DNA of 64,000 nt from Halobacteriales archaeon (GTDB lineage: Archaea; Halobacteriota; Halobacteria; Halobacteriales; SKSH01), in contig SKSD01000015.1 of NCBI GenBank assembly GCA_007118145.1, forward strand, positions 11,268 through 75,267, read 5' to 3'. This document shows, piece after piece, positions 56,639-64,000 of the stretch (within the stretch, counting starts at the first letter, position 1; every line of letters starts with the position of its first letter). Both the position numbers and the translations under genes were made by a program. Below the pieces are notes generated by a model. The model was not told the origin of the DNA, ran no database searches, and was given only the letters and a program-made list of their open reading frames with translations.

Positions 56639-58759
56639 ATGGTCCTCACCATCGAATTCCCCGACACCGGTGGGGCTCACGTGTGGACACTGACCGATGA
56701 AGGAGCTCGGATGCACGTCGATGAGACGTACACCCCCACGGTCTACGTCGAGGGGCCACCTGCATGGTATGACCCATTCACAACGAGCCTGCGCAGCGAC
56801 CCGAAGGTGGTGTCGACGGGGATCGAGCGGTGGTACACCTCACTCCATGCGGCCGAACGGATACCCGTCGTCCGTGTCAATCTCGAGCGGATGGCCGACG
56901 TTCAGGACTTCGCCACCGAGGTCCGTCACCGACACGAACCGGGCGATACACCGACGGGGACCGTCAGGCTGTACAACGTCGACCTGACCCCGCAGTTTCG
57001 CTACTGTCTGGAGACCGGTACCGAACCGGTACCTGACCGTCCACTTCGATCGGTGACGCTGACACTGGGCCATCGAAGTGTTGCCGAGGGATGTCTCGAC
57101 GGACTCTCGATCGATGGTGAACCACTCGGTGGATCACCACGGGCAAGGCTCGAGACCCTCAGCGAACGAATCGAAGCGGTCGATCCTGATGTCCTCATCG
57201 TCAACACTGCCGACCTCATCCCGGTGGTGTTCGACCAGGCAAAAGCCTGCAACATCGCTGGGTTCACTCTCGGCCGTGATGCTGGCTGGTCACAACTGAC
57301 CGGAGGGACGACCTACGAGAGCTACGGGCAAATCGGCTACGCGGCACCCCGGTATCACATCCCGGGTCGGGTGCTGCTCGATACGTCGAACAGTTTCCTC
57401 TGGCACGAGACGAGTCTCGCCGGGATCACCGACCTCGTCGAACGATCGCATCGCCCACTCGAGGAGACCGGATGGGCGAGCATTGGTACGGTATTGACCG
57501 CGATACAGATCCGTCACGCTCTCGAACGTGATGTCCTCGTCCCGTGGAACAAGTGGGAACCGGAGACGTTCAAAGATGTCAGGACACTCCATGCCGCCGA
57601 CCGTGGTGGCTTCACCTTCGCACCTCAAGTCGGCCTCCACGAGGACGTCGTCGAGGTCGACTTCGCCTCATTGTACCCCCGGATCATCTGCGAGTACAAC
57701 GTCAGCCCGGATACCGTCCGCTGTCTGTGCCACCGCGACCGCGCGGACGTCCCCGAGATCGGGTATGCGATCTGTGACGAACGGGGCTTCCTCGCCGACG
57801 TACTCGAACCGTTGCTCGATGACCGTGCCGCCATCAAGGCTGCACTGGCCGAGACAGGCGACCCCGACGAGGCGGCCGAGTTGCGCTCACGGTCTGGCGC
57901 ACTCAAGTGGATCCTCGTCTCCTGTTTTGGCTACCAGGGGTATCGTAACAGCAAGTTCGGCCGTATCGAGTGTCACGAGGCCATCAACGCCTTCGCACGC
58001 GATATCCTGCTCGAGGCGAAGGAGACGTTCGAGGCTGGCGGCTGGGAGATCGTCCACGGTATCGTCGACAGCCTCTGGGTCCGACAGACCGATCCCGAGG
58101 CCACACCGATCGAGGCGATCACCGACGCGGTGACCGAGTCGGTCGGTATCTCTCTTGAGCGCGAGCACGCCTACGAGTGGGTCTGCTTCGTCCCGCGGCG
58201 GGGGCGTCGCGCCGGTGCGCTGACGAAGTACTTCGGCAAGCGTGCTGACGGCGATGGCTACAAGCTCCGCGGTATCGAGGCACGCCAGCGAAGCACACCA
58301 CCGTTCGTCGCCTCCGCACAACGTGAGTACATCGAGGCGCTCGATACACACCGCGAGCCGACCGCGGTCTGCGATCGCCTCATGCGCCATCTCACCACTC
58401 TCGAACGTCGACAGGTGCCACCGGAGCAGCTGCTCATCAGGAGTCGTCTCACCAAAGCACTCGGGGCATACACGCATCGGACGCTCCCCGCGGCGGCGAT
58501 GGCGCGTTCGCGAGACCTCGGCGTCGAACGACATCCAGGCCAGGACGTCCGCTATCTCGTCATCGACGGTGACCCCGACGCCCATGAGCGCGTGCGGTTG
58601 CACTTCGAGACGCTCGAGGCGACGTATGATACCGACTTCTACAAGACGGTGCTGATACGGGCGTGTGAGAGCATCGTCTCACCTCTTGGGTGGGACCGCG
58701 ACCGCATCGAGACGTACCTCAGAGGCGACCGTGCACTCACGCTCGAAACCTTCGGATGA
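56639..58759 (+). CDS. family B DNA polymerase-like protein with degenerate exonuclease and motif C (PolB2-like)
   Basis: Motif A DFASLYPRII and motif B KWILVSCFGYQGY are recognisable. Motif C reads HGIVDS instead of Y(G/x)DTDS. The Exo I position reads LTLGH and Exo II reads NTADLI. Confidence 0.85.
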   Translation: MVLTIEFPDTGGAHVWTLTDEGARMHVDETYTPTVYVEGPPAWYDPFTTSLRSDPKVVSTGIERWYTSLHAAERIPVVRVNLERMADVQDFATEVRHRHEPGDTPTGTVRLYNVDLTPQFRYCLETGTEPVPDRPLRSVTLTLGHRSVAEGCLDGLSIDGEPLGGSPRARLETLSERIEAVDPDVLIVNTADLIPVVFDQAKACNIAGFTLGRDAGWSQLTGGTTYESYGQIGYAAPRYHIPGRVLLDTSNSFLWHETSLAGITDLVERSHRPLEETGWASIGTVLTAIQIRHALERDVLVPWNKWEPETFKDVRTLHAADRGGFTFAPQVGLHEDVVEVDFASLYPRIICEYNVSPDTVRCLCHRDRADVPEIGYAICDERGFLADVLEPLLDDRAAIKAALAETGDPDEAAELRSRSGALKWILVSCFGYQGYRNSKFGRIECHEAINAFARDILLEAKETFEAGGWEIVHGIVDSLWVRQTDPEATPIEAITDAVTESVGISLEREHAYEWVCFVPRRGRRAGALTKYFGKRADGDGYKLRGIEARQRSTPPFVASAQREYIEALDTHREPTAVCDRLMRHLTTLERRQVPPEQLLIRSRLTKALGAYTHRTLPAAAMARSRDLGVERHPGQDVRYLVIDGDPDAHERVRLHFETLEATYDTDFYKTVLIRACESIVSPLGWDRDRIETYLRGDRALTLETFG

Positions 58760-58796
58760 GATGACACCGGTCACGGGCAGACTGCGTCTCACCACC

Positions 58797-59249
58797 TCAG
58801 CGGCGGTCGGCTTCGTAGATCCACAGTGTGGCGGCGAGCACAGCAGAGAAGATGACCAGCGCCGCACCGTGGTGTAGGGTCTGCACCTCAGGCGTGTAGC
58901 TCACGACCGTCTCGCGTCCCAGGAGTACCTGGATGGGTAACGCAACGATCGCGATGGTGACGGCCCACCTGATCCGACGTTGATCGTAATACCGCCACCC
59001 ACCGTAGGCGAGACCAAGCATCATGAAGCCGATGATCATCGCGACGAAGCGATGCAGCCACTCTATCAGACTCGGGAGTGACTGTGGGAAGAGCCCATCA
59101 TCACACAGTGGCCACTGGGCAGAGCATGCCAGGCCGGAGCCAGTCGCTCCGGTGTAGACCCCGAGGAGGATCAATGCGAAGGTACCGATGCTCGTCGCAG
59201 CAGCGAGATGGCGAAAGCGAAGTCGCTCGTAGAGGGATGTGACTGGCAT
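58797..59249 (-). CDS. ctaA: compact (4-TM) heme A synthase CtaA/COX15 family
   Basis: 150 aa with four TM helices, the conserved Cys pair GSGLACSAQWPLC, and histidines in WLHRF and LHHGAA. Confidence 0.65.
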   Translation of the reverse strand: MPVTSLYERLRFRHLAAATSIGTFALILLGVYTGATGSGLACSAQWPLCDDGLFPQSLPSLIEWLHRFVAMIIGFMMLGLAYGGWRYYDQRRIRWAVTIAIVALPIQVLLGRETVVSYTPEVQTLHHGAALVIFSAVLAATLWIYEADRR

Positions 59250-59335
59250 GAGGTCCGATATTCGACCCTATTGAAGGTGGACATTTATCGGTGTCGCTCC
59301 GGCAGTTTTGTCCGCTGGCGGCATCATGTACGGGC

Positions 59336-59345
59336 TTTTTATTAG
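59336..59345 (+). promoter_or_regulatory. TATA-box-like element (TTTTTATTAG) upstream of the malic enzyme gene
   Basis: AT-rich 10-mer centred about 28 nt upstream of the ATG at 59369. The spacing suits a leaderless transcript. Confidence 0.4.
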
Positions 59346-59368
59346 CACGATGGGTATAGTCAGGGTCT

Positions 59369-61648
59369 ATGGGATTAGATGAGGATGCGCTCGCATATCA
59401 TGCCTCGGACCCCCCAGGGAAGATCGAGATCGCTACGACAAAGTCGACGAGTACCCAGCGCGATCTGAGTCTCGCGTACTCACCCGGTGTCGCAGCGCCG
59501 TGTCGTGCCATCAGGGAGCACCCAGAGGACGCGTACCGATACACCGCCAAGGGGAACCTCGTCGCCGTCATCACCGATGGCTCAGCCGTCCTTGGCCTCG
59601 GCGATATCGGCCCACAGGCGGCCAAACCCGTCATGGAGGGAAAGGGTGTGTTGTTCAAGCGGTTCGCTGATATCGATGTCTTCGATATCGAACTCGATAC
59701 CGAAGACCCGGATGCGTTCGTCGACTGTGTGAGTGCCATGGCGCCGACCTTCGGCGGGATCAACCTCGAGGATATCGCGGCGCCGAAATGCTTCATCATC
59801 GAGGAGGAACTGCGCAGGCAACTCGATATCCCGGTCTTTCACGATGACCAGCACGGGACGGCCATCATCAGCGGTGCGGCGCTGTTGAATGCACTTGATC
59901 TGGCGGACAAACCGATCGAGGCTGTCGATGTGGTGATCTCCGGAGCAGGGGCAAGTGCCATAGCCACGGCCAGATTTTACGTCTCCCTTGGTGTCGACAG
60001 AGACCGTATCACGATGTGCGATTCGCGGGGGATCATCACCCGCGAACGCTCGATGGAGGGTGATATCAACGAGTACAAGCAGGAATTCGCCGTCAATCGC
60101 CCCGGGGGTGAACTCGCAGATGCGATGGTCGATGCAGATGTCTTCGTCGGACTTTCAATCGGAGGGATCGTCGATGAGTCGATGGTCCGTTCGATGGCGG
60201 ATGATCCCATCCTCTTCGCGATGGCCAACCCGGAGCCTGAAATCGGCTACGAGGAGGCGAAAGCAGCACGTGATGACACGGTCATCATGGCGACGGGACG
60301 GTCAGATTATCCCAATCAGGTGAACAACGTCCTCGGGTTCCCATTCATCTTCCGTGGCGCACTCGACGTGCGTGCGACCGAGATAAACGAACACATGAAG
60401 GTGGCCGCAGCAAGGGCACTCGCCCGACTGGCGAGACAGGACGTACCCGATGCGGTCATCAGCGCCTACGGGGATGATCCCATCCAGTATGGGCCGGAGT
60501 ACATCATCCCCAAACCACTCGACCCTCGCGTCCTGTTCGAACTTGCCCCGGCCGTCGCGAATGCAGCGATCGAAAGCGGTGCAACCCGTCGCGAGCTCGA
60601 TATAGACGCATATGTCGAACGGCTCGAGGCACGCCTCGGAAAGAGCCGTGAGATGATGCGCGTCATCTACAACAAGGCCCAGTCAGATCCCAAGCGAGTG
60701 GTGTTGGCCGATGGGATGAACGAGAAGATGATCCGAGCAGCCTACCAGCTCACCGAACAGGGTATCGCCGAACCAGTCCTCCTCGGTGATCCCGATATCA
60801 TCGACCGACGTGTCAAGGGCCTTGGCCTCTCATTCGAGCCAACCGTGGTTGATCCGCGTAATGACCGACGTGAGAGTTATGCCGAACACCTCTACGATCG
60901 ACGGCGACGCAAGGGTGTCACCCGACGTGAGGCGAACGAACTCATCGCCGATCACAACTATTACGCGAGCGTGATGGTCGACCTCGACGATGCAGATGCC
61001 ATGCTCACGGGGCTGACCCATCACTATCCGTCAGCTCTCAGACCACCACTACAGATCATAGGGACCGCACCAGACGCTGACTACGCAGCTGGTGTCTACC
61101 TACTGACCTTCAAGAACAAGATCGTCTTCTGTGCAGATGCAACTGTCAATCAAGATCCGGACGAGGACGTCCTCGCTGAGATCACCCGACATACCGCCGA
61201 GCTGGCTAGGCGGTTCAACGTCGAGCCACGTGCCGCATTGCTCTCATACTCGAACTTCGGCAGCGTCATGAACGAGGGGACAGCCAAACCACGCATCGCA
61301 GCTGGGCGACTGCGTGACGACCCTGAGATAGACTTCCCCGTCGATGGCGAGATGCAGGCAGACACGGCGGTGGTCGAGGAGTTTCTGACGGGTACGTACG
61401 AGTTCAGCGAGCTCGACAAGCCCGCGAACATCCTCATCTTCCCGAACCTCGAGGCAGGCAACATCAGTTACAAGCTGTTACAGCGCCTCGGTGGTGCGGA
61501 GGCGATCGGACCGATGCTCGTCGGAATGGATAAACCGGTTCACGTACTCCAGCGTGACGACGATGTCAAAGATATCGTCAATCTGACGGCCGTGGCAGTG
61601 GTCGACGCACAACACCGAGAAAATCAGTCACTCGATAGATTTACCTGA
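59369..61648 (+). CDS. maeB: NADP-dependent malic enzyme with C-terminal phosphotransacetylase-like domain
   Basis: [26 protein letters not shown] and GAGASA, followed by a PTA-like half. 759 aa. Confidence 0.9.
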   Translation: MGLDEDALAYHASDPPGKIEIATTKSTSTQRDLSLAYSPGVAAPCRAIREHPEDAYRYTAKGNLVAVITDGSAVLGLGDIGPQAAKPVMEGKGVLFKRFADIDVFDIELDTEDPDAFVDCVSAMAPTFGGINLEDIAAPKCFIIEEELRRQLDIPVFHDDQHGTAIISGAALLNALDLADKPIEAVDVVISGAGASAIATARFYVSLGVDRDRITMCDSRGIITRERSMEGDINEYKQEFAVNRPGGELADAMVDADVFVGLSIGGIVDESMVRSMADDPILFAMANPEPEIGYEEAKAARDDTVIMATGRSDYPNQVNNVLGFPFIFRGALDVRATEINEHMKVAAARALARLARQDVPDAVISAYGDDPIQYGPEYIIPKPLDPRVLFELAPAVANAAIESGATRRELDIDAYVERLEARLGKSREMMRVIYNKAQSDPKRVVLADGMNEKMIRAAYQLTEQGIAEPVLLGDPDIIDRRVKGLGLSFEPTVVDPRNDRRESYAEHLYDRRRRKGVTRREANELIADHNYYASVMVDLDDADAMLTGLTHHYPSALRPPLQIIGTAPDADYAAGVYLLTFKNKIVFCADATVNQDPDEDVLAEITRHTAELARRFNVEPRAALLSYSNFGSVMNEGTAKPRIAAGRLRDDPEIDFPVDGEMQADTAVVEEFLTGTYEFSELDKPANILIFPNLEAGNISYKLLQRLGGAEAIGPMLVGMDKPVHVLQRDDDVKDIVNLTAVAVVDAQHRENQSLDRFT

Positions 61649-61654
61649 AAGCTA

Positions 61655-62281
61655 TCAGTCCGAGGAGGTCTCCCTCGCCCGAGATGGTGGTGGGTACATC
61701 TCGTTTCGACGCTGGTAGCTCGCCGTCGGGAGCAGGCAACGAGCTGGTCGGTGTTCGAGATGTGTGTACGCCTCGGGATCGTTGGCGAGTGGGTGTGCAG
61801 GATTGAGACTCCCATCAACCCGGGCAGCTCGCACCTCACCGAGCGTCGCGAGTCGTGCCTGGATTCCACGCCAGTGTTGTCTCGCCCCCTCGGGGATGGC
61901 GATGCTCAACGGTGTATCATCGGGCGGGCCATGGCGTCGGAGTGTGTATGAGTTGATGTTCGTCGCAAGTTCGGCGTGATCGACGAGCACTCCGACACTC
62001 GCATCCGGTGGCATCCGTGTGGCAAGGACATCCAGGCCGAGGTGGAGTGCACGGTACTCGGCCACGTTATTATCTGGACTCTGGTCCGGTCGCGATAACC
62101 GGTCGGTCTGAAGACCGTCGCGTGTCTCAATCACCGCACCGAGACCGCCACCGTGTTCGCGGTAAGACCCATCGGTGGCGAGATAGTAATCGAGGTGATG
62201 CGTACGCGGTGGGTGACCGATCAACGGTGTCGGTGCATCGTCGAAGAGGTCGCGCAATGCCGGGCGACCGAGTCCGACCAT
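61655..62281 (-). CDS. rnhA: ribonuclease HI-like protein with N-terminal extension
   Basis: YLATDGS (Asp), NNVAEYRAL (Glu) and VLVDH (Asp) form the RNase H catalytic pattern. 208 aa. Confidence 0.7.
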   Translation of the reverse strand: MVGLGRPALRDLFDDAPTPLIGHPPRTHHLDYYLATDGSYREHGGGLGAVIETRDGLQTDRLSRPDQSPDNNVAEYRALHLGLDVLATRMPPDASVGVLVDHAELATNINSYTLRRHGPPDDTPLSIAIPEGARQHWRGIQARLATLGEVRAARVDGSLNPAHPLANDPEAYTHLEHRPARCLLPTASYQRRNEMYPPPSRARETSSD

Positions 62282-62337
62282 ATGTGTACAAAACTCTTGC
62301 TGGTCAATAAACCCACCGTCGGCGATGGTCTGGCGAG

Positions 62338-62628
62338 CTACGCTCGACGGTGATCCATCCCGAGGCGGATGGCGATGATGTTCGCTGTAACCAGTAGCGC
62401 AAACGCAATCACCTCTGCCTCGGTTGTGAGACCGGATAACAGGAGCGGGATGTGCAAGAACGGGAGAACAATCGCTGCCCAGAACCCGAGTGCACGAAGC
62501 AGGTGCAATACACGGTTACTCCAGTGTTCGACCCCTCCAACGTGAGTTGATACGTAATCAAAGCGATGGATGATACCAGTTCTGTGGAGGTTGGCTGATT
62601 CCGATTCGGAGCGTGATGGTGGCGACAT
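62338..62628 (-). CDS. small two-TM membrane protein, hypothetical
   Basis: 96 aa, polar N-terminus, two hydrophobic helices. Confidence 0.45.
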   Translation of the reverse strand: MSPPSRSESESANLHRTGIIHRFDYVSTHVGGVEHWSNRVLHLLRALGFWAAIVLPFLHIPLLLSGLTTEAEVIAFALLVTANIIAIRLGMDHRRA

Positions 62629-62779
62629 GGAGACCCTCTGGCGGCTATCATTGCTATGCTCGGAAGGGTCAAAAATGGGTGCGACCTTTTACCTGTTTTT
62701 TCCCGATTTCATGCCGATTTAGCAAGTGCTCTGCCCGTTTTACGATATTTCAGCAAATGCCAGAAACGACTGATCCCGG

Positions 62780-64000
62780 TTATTGATACCCTATACGGCT
62801 CGTCGAGCGGCCCATCGGGGCTTCGTGTGAACCACCGCGGAACTCTTCCTCCATGCGACGGTAGTACTCCATGAGGTTCTCGGTGATGGTTGGACGGACC
62901 GTCTCGAGTGCCGCGCGGAAGTGACGCATCTCGATCTCATCACTATCTGCATCCTCCCTGAGTGCCTCCATCGCCGCCTCCCTGGCAATATTCTCGAGGT
63001 CGCTGCCGACATAACCCTCCGTCACCTCGGCCAACTCGCGGAGGCTCACATCAGGCGCGAGTGGTGAGTCCTTGGTATGTATCTTGAGGATCTGCTCACG
63101 GCCGTCCAGGTTCGGTTCCCCGATTAAGACGAGGCGGTCGAAACGTCCAGAGCGGATCAGGGCTGGGTCGATCATATCCGGGCGGTTCGTCGCACCGATG
63201 ACGATGACATCTTCCATCTCCTCAAGGCCATCAAGCTCCGTCAGTAGCTGATTGACGACACGCTCGCTGACGTTCGACCCGACATCCTGTGTGCGCCCTG
63301 GTGCGAGGCTGTCGAGTTCATCGAAGAAGATGATCGTCGGTGAAACCTGGCGAGCCTTACGGAAGGTCTGTCGGATCGCTTTTTCGCTCTCACCGACCCA
63401 CTTTGAGAGGAGTTGCGGGCCTCTGACCGAGATGAAGTTAGCGTTCGATTCACTCGCGACGGCCTTCGCCATCAGCGTCTTTCCGGTGCCTGGTGGCCCG
63501 TAAAGGAGGATACCCTTCGGAGGGGTGATGCCGAGGCGTTCGAACCGCCCTGGATCGACCAGTGGCCACTCCACACTCTCCTTGACGAGGTGTTTCGCAT
63601 CATCGAGGCCACCAACGTCGTCCCAGGTGACCTTCGGAAGCTCAACGAGTACCTCACGCATGGCGGATGGTTCGATCTCGTTAAGCGCGCTGCGGAAGTC
63701 TGACCGCTTGACGATCATCCGATCGAGGAGGGATGGCGGGATGTCCTCCTCGTCGAGGTCGATCTCTGGAAGATATCGCCGCAGTGCCTTCATCGCCGCC
63801 TCCTTCGTCAGGCTCTCTATATCGGCACCGACGAATCCGTGCGTGTTCTCTGCCAACCCGTCGATATTGACATCATCGGCGAGTGGCATCCAACGAGTGT
63901 GGATACGTAAAATCTCACGACGGCCCTCCTCATCGGGTACGCCCAGTTCGATCTCGCGGTCGAACCGACCAGGCCGCCTGAGTGCTGGATCGACCGAGTC
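62780..64000 (-). CDS. cdc48: CDC48/VCP-type AAA+ ATPase, C-terminal two-thirds (5' part outside window)
   Basis: The frame is open to the window edge (..[41 protein letters not shown]..). The D2 domain has [14 protein letters not shown] and [10 protein letters not shown]. Confidence 0.9.
   Translation of the reverse strand, partial: DSVDPALRRPGRFDREIELGVPDEEGRREILRIHTRWMPLADDVNIDGLAENTHGFVGADIESLTKEAAMKALRRYLPEIDLDEEDIPPSLLDRMIVKRSDFRSALNEIEPSAMREVLVELPKVTWDDVGGLDDAKHLVKESVEWPLVDPGRFERLGITPPKGILLYGPPGTGKTLMAKAVASESNANFISVRGPQLLSKWVGESEKAIRQTFRKARQVSPTIIFFDELDSLAPGRTQDVGSNVSERVVNQLLTELDGLEEMEDVIVIGATNRPDMIDPALIRSGRFDRLVLIGEPNLDGREQILKIHTKDSPLAPDVSLRELAEVTEGYVGSDLENIAREAAMEALREDADSDEIEMRHFRAALETVRPTITENLMEYYRRMEEEFRGGSHEAPMGRSTSRIGYQ

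Noticed and set aside
62629-62779. An AT-rich 150-nt spacer with T- and A-tracts between a small membrane gene and CDC48, considered as a possible sRNA locus.
   Set aside because: Its size and content are consistent with an ordinary terminator for CDC48 (an A-run on the plus strand is a T-run on the coding strand) plus a promoter for the downstream gene. Nothing points to more.
1-64000. Dozens of 60-240-aa shadow ORFs antisense to, or out of frame with, the called genes. Examples are 300..716, 1103..1588, 15526..16050, 32199..32708, 46838..47503, 52754..53335 and 57887..58603.
   Set aside because: They have Arg/Ser/Pro/Thr-rich, non-acidic composition typical of alternative frames in high-GC DNA. 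Each fully overlaps a gene with clear family motifs.
1-64000. I looked for CRISPR arrays, IS elements or transposases, integrases, toxin-antitoxin pairs, restriction-modification genes and other canonical defence genes.
   Set aside because: I found no regularly spaced repeats, no DDE, tyrosine or serine recombinase motifs, and no defence-type domain combinations. The window reads as conserved chromosomal core apart from the 33.4-35.5 kb patch.

Overview
GC-rich DNA encoding a strongly acidic proteome, with ATG/GTG/TTG starts and TATA-like boxes about 27 nt upstream of several start codons. This fits a chromosomal core segment of a haloarchaeon (class Halobacteria). The assignment rests on composition and protein families, not on a database hit. 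I call about 75 densely packed genes on both strands plus two tRNAs. Replication genes: priS-GINS, RFC large subunit and a PolB-like gene. Translation and ribosome genes: aSUI1, ABCE1, NOG1 and EngB GTPases. Respiration genes: an aa3-type oxidase operon with fused subunits I+III, a compact CtaA and a CcoI-like Cu-ATPase. Central metabolism genes: aconitase, pgk and malic enzyme. F420-related genes: cofE, npdG and an LLM oxidoreductase. There is also a MoxR-DUF58-transglutaminase operon, and a CDC48 paralog is cut by each window edge. I saw no rRNA, CRISPR array, transposase, integrase or obvious provirus. The most interesting locus is 55712..58759. It is a tightly coupled trio lying 74 nt downstream of the RFC large subunit: a P-loop-less RadA/RadB-like protein, a 79-aa helical protein and an exonuclease-dead, motif-C-altered family B polymerase. 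I read it as a candidate damage-tolerance or replisome-accessory module. Secondary leads are listed here. (1) A low-GC, gene-poor patch beside tRNA-Thr carries a stand-alone wHTH and a stand-alone GAF protein. (2) That tRNA-Thr has a non-canonical G8/G14/C21 core. (3) There is a domain-permuted, Fe-S-less RnfC-like protein. (4) There is a degenerate-NUDIX/eIF2B-like fusion. (5) A 58-aa membrane ORF falls below the ORF-track cutoff. Family calls come from motif recognition by eye. Start codons are often ambiguous, because the track accepts GTG and TTG starts.
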